Position numbers and translations under genes: made by a program. The notes below the pieces were generated by a model. The model was not told where the DNA came from, ran no database searches, and saw only the letters and a program-made list of their open reading frames with translations. Shown here piece after piece: positions 1-11,315 of a stretch of DNA of 64,000 bases (position 1 is the first letter of the stretch; every line of letters starts with the position of its first letter). Source of the stretch: Microcoleus sp. (GTDB lineage: Bacteria; Cyanobacteriota; Cyanobacteriia; Cyanobacteriales; Microcoleaceae); NCBI GenBank assembly GCA_052279835.1, contig CP181291.1, positions 4,064,001-4,128,000 on the forward strand, written 5' to 3'.

Positions 1-2
1 TA

Positions 3-2039
3 GCAGAACAAGAACGCGCCGTCGCCTTTGAACGGGAACAAGCAGCCCGATTGCAAGCAGAAGAAACTGCCAAAGCTCTACAAGAGGCAAAGGATGGAAT
101 TACTAATATTCTCGAAAGTATTACCGACGCTTTTTTTGCTGTGGATTGCGACTGGAATTACACCTATGTCAACCGGAAAGCCGAGGAGATTTTAGGCAAG
201 TCTCAAGCTGAGTTGATCGGAAAAAGTATGCTCGATGTAGTTTCTCATCTAGGGGATTTAGAAAGTTACAAAATGGCTGACCAAGCCATGTCAGAAAAAG
301 TAACAATCGAATACGAAGCATTTAATGTATCTGTAAATAAGTGGTTTAACGTGCGATTTTATCCGTCGGATTCGGGTTTGTCGGCTTATTTCCAAGATAT
401 TAGCGCCCGCAAGCAAGCAGAAGCCGCACTCCAAGCTAGCGAGGAAAAACTGAGGTGTTTGGCAGAAGCTAACTTGATGGGAATTCTGTTCGGTAATATC
501 CACGGTGCCATTACCGAGGCTAACGACGAATTTTTGCGGATGGTGGGCTACAGTCGGGAACATTTGCAACGTGGGGAAATGCGGTGGATTGATATGACTC
601 CTGTGGAGTATCTACCCTTGGATGCGATCGGCATGGCAGAGGCAAAAGCCACGGGGGTTTGCACTCCTTACGAAAAGGAATATGTGCGCCTAGATGGTAG
701 CCGGATTCCGGTGTTGGTGGGGTATATTTTGTTGGGTGAAAAACGGGAAGAATCTGTGGCTTTCATTCTCGATTTGAGCGAGCGCAAACGATTAGAAAAA
801 GAACTTCAGGAACGAGCGGAAGAATTAGAGATCCTGAACCGAATTAAAGATGAGTTTCTCGCAACTTTGTCCCACGAATTGCGGACACCGTTAAATGCGA
901 TGCTGGGATGGACGCAACTGCTACGTTATCGCAAGTTTGATGAACATACTACGGTGAGAGCTTTGGAAACCATCGATCGCAATACGAGGTCTTTGGGAAC
1001 ACTAATCGAGGATTTGTTGGACGTATCGCAGATTATTACGGGTCAATTATCGCTGAATTTGCGGTGGGTGGATGTGCTGGCAAATGTTGAGGCGGCCATC
1101 GAAACTTTGGCAACTGCGGCCAGAGCAAAAAATATTAAAATTGTGACGGAATTTGACCAGACTTCGGTGCGGATATTTGGAGATTCGGGGCGCTTGCAGC
1201 AGGTGGTGTGGAATTTGCTCTCCAATGCCATTAAGTTTACTCCTGCTCAAGGACAGGTGAAGGTGGGGGTGCGGCAGGTGGAGGGTGCTATTTCCCCTCA
1301 ATTAGCATCTGGGGGCAAATTGTCCTGTGCTAGGGTGGAAATTGAGGTGAGCGATACGGGAGAGGGTATCAGTGCGGAGTTTCTGCCCCATGTTTTCGAT
1401 CGCTTCAGTCAAGCGGACACCTCTGCGACTCGATCGTACAACGGATTGGGGATGGGGTTGGCGATCGTCCGCCATGTGGTGGAAATGCACGGGGGGACAG
1501 TGCAAGCGGAATCTGCCGGGAAGGGAAAAGGAGCGAAGTTTGTGGTGAAGTTGCCCATGCAACAGGGCGAGGGTGGATTTTCTGCGCCTGGGGCTGGGGA
1601 GTTTGTGATTCGAGAAAAAAGGTCGATCGCACCTGGAAATGAGTGTTCTTTTAAGATCAATCTTTCTGGCGTGTGGGTGTTGGTGGCCGATAATGACGAG
1701 GATTCCTTGGATTTTGCGCGGATGGTGCTCGAAGAATGCGGGGCCGAGGTGGAGACTGCTGTCTCGGCATGGGAGGCTCTAGAGGCGATTAAAAGGCGAT
1801 CGCCGGATGTATTTGTTAGCGATCTAGGAATGCCGATGGCACACGGAAAAGATTTGATTGGGCAAGTCCGAACCATGTGTGGTGCAACGGAAGTTCCAGC
1901 GGTGGCTTTGACCGCCTATGGTAGGGTGGAAGAACGGGTGCGGGCGCTAAGGCTGGGTTTTCAAATTCATCTGCCGAAGCCGATCGATCCTGTGGAGTTG
2001 GTGGTAACAGTGGCAAGTTTAGCGAGTCGAGTTAATTGA
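3..2039 (+). CDS. Hybrid sensor histidine kinase (PAS-PAS-HisKA-HATPase-REC), 5' end outside window
   Basis: Frame is open from base 3; H-box LSHELRTPL, N-box NLLSNAIKF, G-boxes DTGEGI and GLGMGL; C-terminal receiver (SDLGMP, KP). Confidence 0.92.
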   Translation, partial: AEQERAVAFEREQAARLQAEETAKALQEAKDGITNILESITDAFFAVDCDWNYTYVNRKAEEILGKSQAELIGKSMLDVVSHLGDLESYKMADQAMSEKVTIEYEAFNVSVNKWFNVRFYPSDSGLSAYFQDISARKQAEAALQASEEKLRCLAEANLMGILFGNIHGAITEANDEFLRMVGYSREHLQRGEMRWIDMTPVEYLPLDAIGMAEAKATGVCTPYEKEYVRLDGSRIPVLVGYILLGEKREESVAFILDLSERKRLEKELQERAEELEILNRIKDEFLATLSHELRTPLNAMLGWTQLLRYRKFDEHTTVRALETIDRNTRSLGTLIEDLLDVSQIITGQLSLNLRWVDVLANVEAAIETLATAARAKNIKIVTEFDQTSVRIFGDSGRLQQVVWNLLSNAIKFTPAQGQVKVGVRQVEGAISPQLASGGKLSCARVEIEVSDTGEGISAEFLPHVFDRFSQADTSATRSYNGLGMGLAIVRHVVEMHGGTVQAESAGKGKGAKFVVKLPMQQGEGGFSAPGAGEFVIREKRSIAPGNECSFKINLSGVWVLVADNDEDSLDFARMVLEECGAEVETAVSAWEALEAIKRRSPDVFVSDLGMPMAHGKDLIGQVRTMCGATEVPAVALTAYGRVEERVRALRLGFQIHLPKPIDPVELVVTVASLASRVN

Positions 2040-2160
2040 CATACTCCCCGGCCGTACCGTGGGATTCTTGACACTTCACGGAGATGTGCCACAAGTGGTC
2101 TTACCTTCTCTCTGTGTCCATTTAGAGTCGTGGCAATGCCCTATCCCGACTTTGTTTATA
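2016..2160 (-). ncRNA. Putative omega-RNA (reRNA) of the tnpB element; guide read from the flank at about 2035-2016
   Basis: Position overlapping the tnpB 3' end and right end is established for the family; boundaries are approximate. Confidence 0.55.
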
Positions 2161-3322
2161 TTCTTCGCTGCATTCTCATCGCGATCGTGTTCGTTGCCGC
2201 AATTCAAGCATTGAACCGAGCGGATTTTTAAATCCAATTTTCCCCATCTAAAACCGCAATTTGAACAGATTTGACTTGTTGGTTCCCAGCGACTAATTAC
2301 CCTAAACTCTCTGCCATACTTTTCAGACTGACGCTCGCATAAAGTCCTAAACTCGTACCATCCCTGTTGGCTAATCGCCCTGGCAAGTTTGCGGTTTTTG
2401 ACCATACCAGACACGTTCAAATCTTCCAAAATAATCCTTTGATTCTCACTAACAACTTTGGTCGATAGTTTGTGCAGAAAGTCTTTACGAGTATCCCCAA
2501 TTTGATTGTACAGTTTCGCAATCTGAATGCGAGTTTTGTTGCGGCGCTTTGAGTCTTTGGGCTGCCTTGCCAACTTGCGTTGCAGTCTGCGAATTTTTCG
2601 GTCTAACTGTTTGTAGCTTGGACTTTTAGCTGATCTTCCGTCGCTCATCACTGCAAAGGTTTTAATACCCAGATCGATGCCGATGCTGTGGTTTTTAGCT
2701 TCGACAATATCGGAATTAATCTCTACAACAAAGCTCAGGAAATAACGGTGGGCGCAGTCTTTGATTGCTGTGACACAGCTAGGGTTTGATGGCAGTTGTC
2801 TCGACCAGATAGGACTAACATTTCCGATTTTTGCCAGATAGACGGACTCACCTTTGATAGAAAAACCCGATTTGACAAAAGTTGCAGATTGACTGTTAGT
2901 CTTTTTTTTGAACCTGGGTTGACCGACTTTTTTGCCTTTCCTTTTCCCTTTTAGAGAGTCAAAATAGTTTTTGTAAGCAACATCTAATTGTTTGAGGGAT
3001 TGCTGTAATGGCACGGATGATACATCGTTTAACCAGGCTCTCTCTTCTGTCTTTTTAGATAGAGTTAGAGATTTGGATAGAGTATTGTAGCCTGGATAGT
3101 TGCCTGACTTGCTTTGAGTTAAGGCATCATTCCAAACAACTCTCACGCAACCAAACAACTGCGCTAAACTTTGGCGTTGTTGAGTGGTAGGATAGAATCT
3201 GTATTGGAATCTTGCTTTCATTCTTTGTCCTTTGTTTTACTATTCCATTCTAACAGGCTCGGTAAAATCTACCAAAGAATTAAAGCCGTCCTTAAGGACG
3301 GGGTTTTCAACCCAATTTTTTG
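2036..3322 (-). mobile_element. IS200/IS605-family element, tnpB only (IS1341-like)
   Basis: Minus strand: TTAT|CAAAAAATTGGGTTGAAAACCCCGTCCTTAAGGACGGC left-end hairpin, then tnpB, then right end GAATCCCACGGTACGGCCGGGGAGTATGTCAA ending in TCAA at 2036. Confidence 0.85.
2076..3221 (-). CDS. tnpB: RNA-guided endonuclease TnpB
   Basis: N-terminal YRFYPT..Q..L.Q.FGC.R; RuvC-I GIDLG, RuvC-II LEDL, Zn finger CSNCG..CLNCG, RuvC-III DRDENAA. Confidence 0.95.
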   Translation of the reverse strand: MKARFQYRFYPTTQQRQSLAQLFGCVRVVWNDALTQSKSGNYPGYNTLSKSLTLSKKTEERAWLNDVSSVPLQQSLKQLDVAYKNYFDSLKGKRKGKKVGQPRFKKKTNSQSATFVKSGFSIKGESVYLAKIGNVSPIWSRQLPSNPSCVTAIKDCAHRYFLSFVVEINSDIVEAKNHSIGIDLGIKTFAVMSDGRSAKSPSYKQLDRKIRRLQRKLARQPKDSKRRNKTRIQIAKLYNQIGDTRKDFLHKLSTKVVSENQRIILEDLNVSGMVKNRKLARAISQQGWYEFRTLCERQSEKYGREFRVISRWEPTSQICSNCGFRWGKLDLKIRSVQCLNCGNEHDRDENAAKNINKVGIGHCHDSKWTQREGKTTCGTSP

Positions 3323-3339
3323 ATAACTCTCTGATAGAA

Positions 3340-3393
3340 TCAGCAAGAAATTAAAGCCGTCCTAGAAGCACGGGGCTTGTACCCATTCTTTTG
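3340..3393 (-). mobile_element. Orphan IS200/IS605 left end (second hairpin copy)
   Basis: Minus strand TTGAC|CAAAAGAATGGGTACAAGCCCCGTGCTTCTAGGACGGCTTTAATT, homologous to the left end at 3322. Confidence 0.7.
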
Positions 3394-3394
3394 G

Positions 3395-3589
3395 TCAAAA
3401 GCTAGATACCAATTGCACCCGCCCTTCATCCATTTCATTCATTAATAACTCTAAAGCTTCGTAATCAATATCAGAGATGTAGCCCAAACGAGTTAGTTCG
3501 TAGTTGATTTCATTTTCAATATCAGGTGTCAGACGCTTAATATTGAGGGCTTTTTCTACAAGTTTACGAATAGCATGAGTTGCTTGCAT
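3395..3589 (-). CDS. Small cyanobacterial hypothetical protein (64 aa)
   Basis: ATG start, protein-like composition (IRKLVEKALNIKRLTP..DYEALELLM); resembles a small family recalled from cyanobacteria. Confidence 0.65.
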   Translation of the reverse strand: MQATHAIRKLVEKALNIKRLTPDIENEINYELTRLGYISDIDYEALELLMNEMDEGRVQLVSSF

Positions 3590-3979
3590 AGTAGATCGGA
3601 GAACTCAGTATATTTTATATATTGATCTAGATTATATATCTCCGAGGTGATCTAAATCAGAACCCACCAGTGATTTCAATTACTTTCTGGCTCTGATTAT
3701 CCCAGAGTGTCGTTCTGGGGCTGGTTGTTATGGTAATCCCTATTTTAAAATCAGTAAAATTGAGGCTAAATTGTCTGGCATTTATAATAAATAGTATCCT
3801 AGCATACTTTTATGCGGAAATTGTGCAGAAATTTAAATCAACAAAAAACTTAATCTAGATTAAGCCATGGGGAGGCTGTTCCCCATCTCTAATCTCCAAT
3901 CTCCCATCTAATTAGGTTGGCGGATTGACAGCTTTTGAGGTAGGCTACTTAAGAGTCGCAACTATTAGCGAGTCCAGCC

Positions 3980-6902
3980 GTGACAGTAACAGTCGAAGAA
4001 TTACTTACATCAGAAATTAATCAACCTGCTCGTTATTTAGGTAACGAGTTGGGGGCTGTACGCCAGCCTTGGGATGCAGCAACTGTGCGATGGGTGCTGA
4101 CTTACCCAGAAGTCTATGAAGTTGGTGCTTCCAATCTCGGACACATCATTCTTTACAATATCTTGAACGCCGGGCCGAGGCAGTTGTGCGATCGCGCTTA
4201 TTTGCCGGCCCCAGATTTAGCAGCCAAACTGCGATCGACTCAAACTCCCCTGTTTGCAGTGGAATCAAGGCGATCGCTCACCGAATTTGATATCCTGGGC
4301 TTTAGCCTCAGTTACGAACTGGGAGCCACAAATATTCTGGAAATGCTTGATTTGGCAGGCATTCCCCTGACTTGGCAAGAAAGAGCGACAAGTTCCGAAT
4401 TGCCACTAATTTTTGCCGGGGGCCAAACGGCAACTTCCAATCCTGAACCCTACGCTGACTTTTTTGACTTTTTTGCTTTGGGTGATGGGGAAGAATTGTT
4501 GCCGGAAATTGGCTTGATTTTGGCCGAAGGTAAAACTAATGGTTTGAGTCGAGAAGCCTTGTTGTTAGATTTGGCGCAAATTCCCGGCGTTTATGTGCCG
4601 CAATTCTACGACATGGCCCCTGATGGTTCAGTCCATCCCAATCGCCCGGAAGTTCCGCCACGAATCTTACGCCGGGTGGCGACTCCCATTCCAGCTTATT
4701 CGATCGGCCTGGTTCCCTACGTCCAGACAGTACACGATCGACTGACAGTAGAAATCCGCCGTGGTTGTACTCGCGGTTGCCGCTTTTGTCAACCGGGAAT
4801 GTTGACTCGCCCCGCGCGAGATGTGGAACCTCAACAAGTCGTAGAGGCGATCGAAAAGGGCATGAAAGCCACCGGGCAAAGCGAATTTTCCCTGCTTTCT
4901 CTCAGTTGTTCCGACTATCTGGCACTCCCAGCAGTCGGTATGGAAATCAAAAATCGCCTGAAAGATAAAAATATTTCTCTGTCTCTACCCAGCCAGCGGG
5001 TCGATCGATTTGATGACAATATTGCTGATATTCTGGGCGGTACTCGCCAGGGCGGGTTGACTTTTGCGCCGGAAGCTGGTACGCAGCGGATGCGGGATAT
5101 TGTGAACAAGGGTTTGACTAACGAAGAATTGCTCAGGGGTGTGAAAACGGCAGTCGATCGCGGTTGGGATAAAATCAAGCTGTATTTTATGATCGGTTTG
5201 CCTGGGGAAACAGATGTTGATGTTCTGGGCATCGCTGAAACAGTCCGTTGGCTGAGTAGGGAATGTCGGGGTCGATGGCCGACGCCGACTCAATTTCAAT
5301 TTGACAATTTCTAACTTTACGCCCAAGCCCCATACTCCTTTTCAGTGGCACTCGGTTTCTACTACAGAATTTGCCCGCAAGCAAAAATTACTGAGGGAAG
5401 AGTTTCGGGGAATGAGGGGTGTTAAGGTGAATTTCACCGATGTGCGGATTTCGGCAATGGAGGATTTTGTCGGCAGAGGCGATCGACGTTTGGCTGCTGT
5501 CGTCCGTCGCGCTTGGGAACTCGGTGCAGGTATGGATGCGTGGTGGGAAAGCTTGGATAAAGCTTACAAGGCATGGACTGTGGCGATCGCCGAATCCGAT
5601 CTTACCTGGAAATATCGCCAAGTCGAAAGTGGTGAATGGAATTTGTTTGCAGAGAAGGGAGGAACCCCCCCCTGCCCCCCCCAAGGGGGGAATGAATTAG
5701 GCACAGTCCCAGGGGGGAATGAATTAGGAACCCCCCCCTACCCCCCCCAAGGGGGGAATGAATTAGGCACAGTCCCAGGGGGGAATGAATTAGGAACCCC
5801 CCCCTACCCCCCCCAAGGGGGGAATGAATTAGGCACAGTCCCAGGGGGGAATGAATTAGGAACCCCCCCCTGCCCCCCCCAAGGGGGGAAATTAGAAGGC
5901 ACAGTCCCAGGGGGGAATGAATTAGGAACCCACCTCCTAGATCAACCCCTGCCGTGGGATCATCTGGATACGGGAATTGACAAAAATTGGCTAAAACTTG
6001 ATTTGCAGAAGGCTTTGGCAGCCGCAACAGTCCCCGATTGTTCCTTTGAAGGCTGTTCCCACTGTGGGGTTTGTGGCACTGACTTTGGACACAATATTGT
6101 GGTTGAACCTCTGCCAATTCCTCCCTTTGCAGGGGAGTTTGTACCCAATCAAGAGCGCAAACAGCGCTTTCGGGTGTGGTTTGGCAAGGTGGGCGATATG
6201 GCTTTGGTTGGTCATTTGGATTTGGTACGATTGTTCGATCGCGTATTCCGTAAAGCCGATTTACCGATTTCTTTTACCGGCGGTTTTCATCCCAACCCTC
6301 GCATTTCTCTGGCAAATGCCCTGCCTCTGGGTGTTAGCAGCACAGGGGAAATTGTGGATTTTGAACTCACTGAGTTGATGGACGCCCAGGAGTTTCGGGC
6401 AAAATTGGTGGCGCATCTGCCGCCCAATATTCCTGTTTACAAGGTAGAGGCGATCGATCTTAAGGCTCCTTCTGCCAATCAGTTGTTAGAAGCTGCGGAA
6501 TACCTGATTACTGTGGCTGTAGCTGGTGCGGTGGCAGAAAATGACGAATCAAACCAAGAGAATTTGACCCCTCTCTGTGTCGCTGCTAGTGACCAGTGGC
6601 AAGCTTGGGTACGGGCGATTTTGGAAGCTGAGGATTTTTGGCGGGAACATACTACCAAGTCGGGTAAGACGCAGCAAGTCAATTTGCGCGATCGACTACA
6701 GGAACTAGAAGTGGTAGATTGTCAATCTGCCGACAGTCGTAACTCCCAAGGTAAAGCCGTCTTGCGCTATCAGGGTAGTTGTCGCAGTGATGGTAATGTA
6801 CTAAAGCCAGAACATCTGGTGTGGATGCTCGAACAAGTCAGCCACCAGGAAATTCAGCTTCTGCATATCCAACGCAGTCAGCTAATCCTGAGTTATGGTT
6901 AG
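3980..6902 (+). CDS. TIGR03960-family B12-binding radical SAM protein fused to a TIGR03936/DUF2344 domain; apparent +1 frameshift near 5270
   Basis: PARYLGNE start; CxxxCxxC (CTRGCRFC); removing one G from GGGG 5268-5271 joins both ORFs as ECRVDGRRRLNFNLTISNFTPKPHTP; C-terminal GHLDL..GGFHPNPR. Confidence 0.9.
5661..5924 (+). repeat. In-frame 66-bp tandem repeat x4 (GTPP[C/Y]PPQGGNELGTVPGGNEL)
   Basis: Units start at 5661, 5727, 5793 and 5859. Confidence 0.95.
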
Positions 6903-7627
6903 AATAGAAAAGTCGAAGGTGGAGTATTCCACCGGGTATCAAGCTATAATTGCTTGTTATGGAAGTCAGGACGGTTAGATGGCGATTAGTCCATCGCCGT
7001 TTAGTCAACCAGCAACGCGGGCTGGGTGCAAACTGCTTCTGTTCAAGACTTCAAGCCTTTTTGTAAATCCTTGGCTAAATCTAGCATCAAACTCGCAGGA
7101 GCTTGCTCAAAGATAAATTTATCGATTCAGTCGATCGCCGGCTTACTCAAAAATTTCATGTTTTAAGCCAGTCTGTGAGTATTTCAGGTAAAAGCAGTCC
7201 CAAATGCGTTGAGCGATGGGATAGAGGATGTCATAGTTGAGCCTGTCAGGGTTACACCTGCAAAGTAAACCTAATTGTCCGCATTTGACTATTGGTTTAC
7301 AGACTACTCAAAAATAGATGTTTTTGACCAGGTTTGAGGCTTGGTAGTTGACGGAAATCGCAGTCGAATGGCAAGCTGAATTCAGTTGAGTGCAATCCGC
7401 CGATCGCACAAGTATTCAACAAAAGTCCTTACGCTTTCACTCCTACATAATTTCCCTCAAAACCAGCCCTGAACCACCACTTCCTGGAGTTATCAGTTTT
7501 TTGTGTAGAGTTGTGTGTTAAGAAATTGGTACGGTGTCACTGAATTGATTCGCTGAGTTCCAATTAACAGTTGCAAGGATTGAATTTTGAGTGAAAGAAT
7601 TCGTAATTCACAAATCAAAATTCAAGA

Positions 7628-7698
7628 GACCTCTCCCGTAATTATTGTGGGGTAGGCATCCAGCCTGCCATTGACAGCGTTTTTGGGAGATGTCTAAT
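7628..7698. repeat. Short MITE-like element (AGAC.TCTCCC...GGGAGATGTCTA); inverted relative at 38651-38727
   Basis: Terminal inverted repeats and shared internal TAATTATTGT in both copies. Confidence 0.6.
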
Positions 7699-7963
7699 AT
7701 TTACAACTCGCTAAAAGCGTCCTTATTTCTATCTTCCAGCTCAGTCTGCGAAGCATAACTCATAACTCTGTACGGGTGGATTTAAGCACTTTATCTGTAA
7801 CGGTCAACAGTCAACAGTTAATAGTCAACATTTAACAGTCCTTCCATCCTGCAATAAATCACAGCTAATAACTCTTGAAGTTACTACTAATTAAAATCAA
7901 AGTTAAAGGCACTATTCAGCGTAGGTGTCTGGAACTTGCTGACAATTTTTTCGAGGAAATTGA

Positions 7964-10238
7964 ATGACTAAGCAGATAGTTATAGCAGAGCAGCATCGTA
8001 TTGCTGCCGTCTTTTCAGAAGACCAAATCCAAGAACTCGTGGTAGCCACAGGCAGCCACCAAGTTAGTGATATTTACTTAGGCATTGTTGAAAATGTATT
8101 ACCTGGGATAGATGCCGCCTTCGTGAATATCGGCGACCCAGAACGCAACGGGTTTATGCACGTCACAGACCTCGGCCCGCTGCGACTCAAGCGCTCGGCA
8201 GGAGCAATTACAGAACTTTTGACTCCCCAACAAAAAGTTCTGGTACAGGTAATGAAAGAACCCACGGGCAGTAAAGGCCCCCGACTCACGGGCAACATTA
8301 CTCTGCCTGGTCGCTATTTGGTGCTGATGCCCTACGGACGGGGAGTCAATCTGTCCCGGCGGATCAAGTCCGAAGCCGAGCGCAACCGCCTCCGAGCCCT
8401 GGCTATTTTGGTCAAACCAGCCGGCATGGGACTTTTGGTACGCACCGAGGCTGAAGGGATGACTGAAGAAGCCATCATGGAAGACTTGGAAGTGCTACAA
8501 AAACAGTGGGAAGCCGTTCAAATTGAAGGCGGTACGACGCGGGCACCGGCACTCCTCAACCGCGATGACGATTTTATCCAGCGGGTGCTGCGGGATATGT
8601 TTAGTGGTGATGTGAATCGGATTGTGGTGGACTCGCAAAATGGGATTAAGCGAGTCAAGCAGCAGTTGATGAGCTGGAACGGTGGCAAACTGCCTGCGGG
8701 TGTTTTGATCGACCATCATCGAGAGCGCGCCTCGATTTTAGAATTTTTCCGGGTGAATGCTGCTATTAGAGAAGCCCTCAGACCAAGGGTAGATTTGCCT
8801 TCTGGCGGTTATGTGATTATTGAGCCGACAGAAGCATTAACGGTGATTGATGTCAACTCTGGTTCCTTTACTCGATCGGCTACGGCGCGAGAAACGGTAC
8901 TCTGGACAAATTGCGAAGCTGCCACAGAAATCGCCAGACAACTGCGATTGCGGAATATTGCCGGGGTAATTATTGTTGATTTTATTGACATGGAGTCCCG
9001 CCGCGATCAGTTGCAGGTGCTCGAACACTTCAATAAAGCTCTCCGGGCTGACAAAGCTCGACCACAAATCGCCCAACTTTCAGAATTGGGACTGGTAGAA
9101 ACTGACTCGCAAGCGCCAAGGTCAAAATATTTATGAATTGTTCGGCCACAGTTGTCCTACTTGCAACGGGTTGGGTCATTTGGTGCAACTCCCCGGCGAA
9201 GAGGAAATGGCCCCAGCGGCACGGGAATCGGGCGATCGCACTGTGGCTACATCCAACCGCGTGTTGTTAAATTTACCCGAAGGATTGGAGCGCCGTAGCT
9301 TGGCCCCTGTAGCTGCTGCCAGTCCCACATCGGTGCGGGAAGAACGTTTAGCCGAACCCCAGCGGGCTGCTTGGGAACCTCAGAATGAAAGCTTGGATTT
9401 TGAGGCTGGTAGTAATGTTGCTTCTTTGGATTTACTCAACCATCCCAGTTATCAAGACTTGGGGAACGGTACTCGCCGCCGCCGTCGTCGCCGGATTGGG
9501 GAAGAGGCTTTTGGACTGCCGGTGGAAGAGGAACCAGTACGCAGCAAATTGCGACTTCCCAATACTTCTAGCGCTCCCATTGCAGAGCCGAGAGCGGAAT
9601 ATCTTCCACCCCCAGGCATTCGCCCTGCTTCCGAGGGTTTTGGATTGGTGAATATGACGGGTTCCAGGCGCGAAGATTTCGAGCGGGTGCGTCCCACTAA
9701 GTCGGAGTTGATGAAGCCGATGGTGGAGCCTCCGGAAGTGATTACGGTGGAAATGACGGCTGAGGAGCAGGATGTTTATGCTGTCATGGGCGTTTCTCCT
9801 TTGGTGCTGGCTAATCGCAGTCTGAAAAATCCTAAGAATGCGATCGTTTCGGTGACAATGCCCGGAGAAGCCCCAACTAAGCCGCCCTTTGAGCAGTTGG
9901 AACTTGAATTTACACCGACGGCGCAAGCATCAAATGTGGAGGAACGGGATTATTATGCCGAGATGCCTGTAGTTGAGTCTGTATTTTCTCCTGTATTTTC
10001 TGAGGATGCTGAGACGGAAATTTACGATGAAAGTCCGATGGACGACACTGATGATTTTGAGCCAATGTCGGAAATGTCCTTGATGTCTGAAATATCGGAA
10101 ATGAGCGATGAGGCGGAGGAACCAATGCCATCGGAGGAACCAATGCCATCGGAGGAACCAATGCCATCGGAAGAACCGGAGGAACCCGCTATCAATCGCC
10201 GTCGCCGTCGCCGTTCCTCTGCTGTTTTGGATGAATAA
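7964..10238 (+). CDS. rne: Ribonuclease E; apparent +1 frameshift near 9100
   Basis: S1 region IYLGIVENVLPGIDAAFVNIG; IDVNSG and IIVDFIDM; removing one A near 9099-9101 gives LVELTRKRQGQNIYELFGHSCPTC; C-terminal RRRRRRSSA. Confidence 0.93.
10116..10180 (+). repeat. 18-bp coding tandem repeat (EEPMPS x3) in the RNase E tail
   Basis: GAGGAACCAATGCCATCG repeated three times. Confidence 0.9.
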
Positions 10239-10961
10239 ATGAAGGAAGAAGGAAGACGGAAAACCGCCGACGGAAAACCGCAGACGGAAAAAGGCAGAGG
10301 GAAGACAGAAGCAGTAGAAATTTTTACTCTCTTCCCCTCTTTCCGTCTCCCCGTCCCTCCCTCTACTGGTATCCCCCTCTCCCCCTCTTCCTCTCCCCAG
10401 CTCGTTGCAGGTGTGGATGAAGTCGGGCGAGGGGCTTTGTTCGGGCCTGTGGTGGCGGCGGCTTGCATTTTGCCGATCGAGCTTTTGGATGAGTTGGTCA
10501 ATTGTGGGGTGCGAGATAGTAAGCAGTTGAGTGCCTCCGCCAGGAGTCGGCTAGCTGTCAAAATCCGGGCTGTGGCTGTTGATTGTCAAATTGGTGTGGC
10601 TTCGGTTACTGAAATTGACCGTTTGAATATTTTGCAGGCTTCTTTGTTGGCGATGAAACGCGCCATTGTGAAGCTGAATGTTACTCCTGATTTGTGTTTA
10701 GTGGACGGAAATCAAAGGATTCCCAATTTGCCGATCGCCCAAGAGACAATGGTGAAGGGTGATTCGCGATCGATTCAGATTGCTGCTGCTAGTATTGTGG
10801 CGAAAGTGTGGCGCGATGAATTAATTTTGCGTTTGGCTGTTAAGTATCCTGAATATGACTTGACAAACAATAAGGGATATGGTACTGCTAAACATAAATT
10901 GGGTTTGGAACGTTACGGGCGATCGGCTTTTCACCGAAAATCTTTTAGCCCGTGTCGATAA
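10239..10961 (+). CDS. rnhB: Ribonuclease HII
   Basis: GVDEVGRG, DSK, LVDGN, KGD..S..IAAASIVAKV, KGYGT..H; directly follows rne; start uncertain. Confidence 0.93.
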   Translation: MKEEGRRKTADGKPQTEKGRGKTEAVEIFTLFPSFRLPVPPSTGIPLSPSSSPQLVAGVDEVGRGALFGPVVAAACILPIELLDELVNCGVRDSKQLSASARSRLAVKIRAVAVDCQIGVASVTEIDRLNILQASLLAMKRAIVKLNVTPDLCLVDGNQRIPNLPIAQETMVKGDSRSIQIAAASIVAKVWRDELILRLAVKYPEYDLTNNKGYGTAKHKLGLERYGRSAFHRKSFSPCR

Positions 10962-11315
10962 GAGACAAAACTTATAAACTTAAAGTACAAATTTATACTA
11001 CTAAAAATCAGCAAGATTATTAACAAACATCAGGGGGAAATTGAAGTTAAATCTATTCCTGACAAAACTACGTTTCACGTTTTTATACCAATGATGTGAG
11101 ATTTGAGGTTTTAAATTAAGGGATAATTTTCATATCACATCCTGCGATCGCCTTTTGGTTAATCTAACGGGTGACAGGAGGGATTTCCAGAGTTTCCGGT
11201 TTTGATGGTTTCACAAGTGGATACTAATCTGAAAATCCCCAGGGTTGTCTATCGCAAGTAGCTGCGATCGATCGCGACTGATGACACCAATCTCTAATCT
11301 CGAATTGATCGACTA

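Noticed and set aside
5268..9101. Programmed frameshifting or true pseudogenes for the radical SAM gene and rne (also pstB, ubiD)
   Set aside because: No clear slippery heptamer or stimulatory structure, no other decay, and the same +1 homopolymer signature in four unrelated genes; error is more parsimonious
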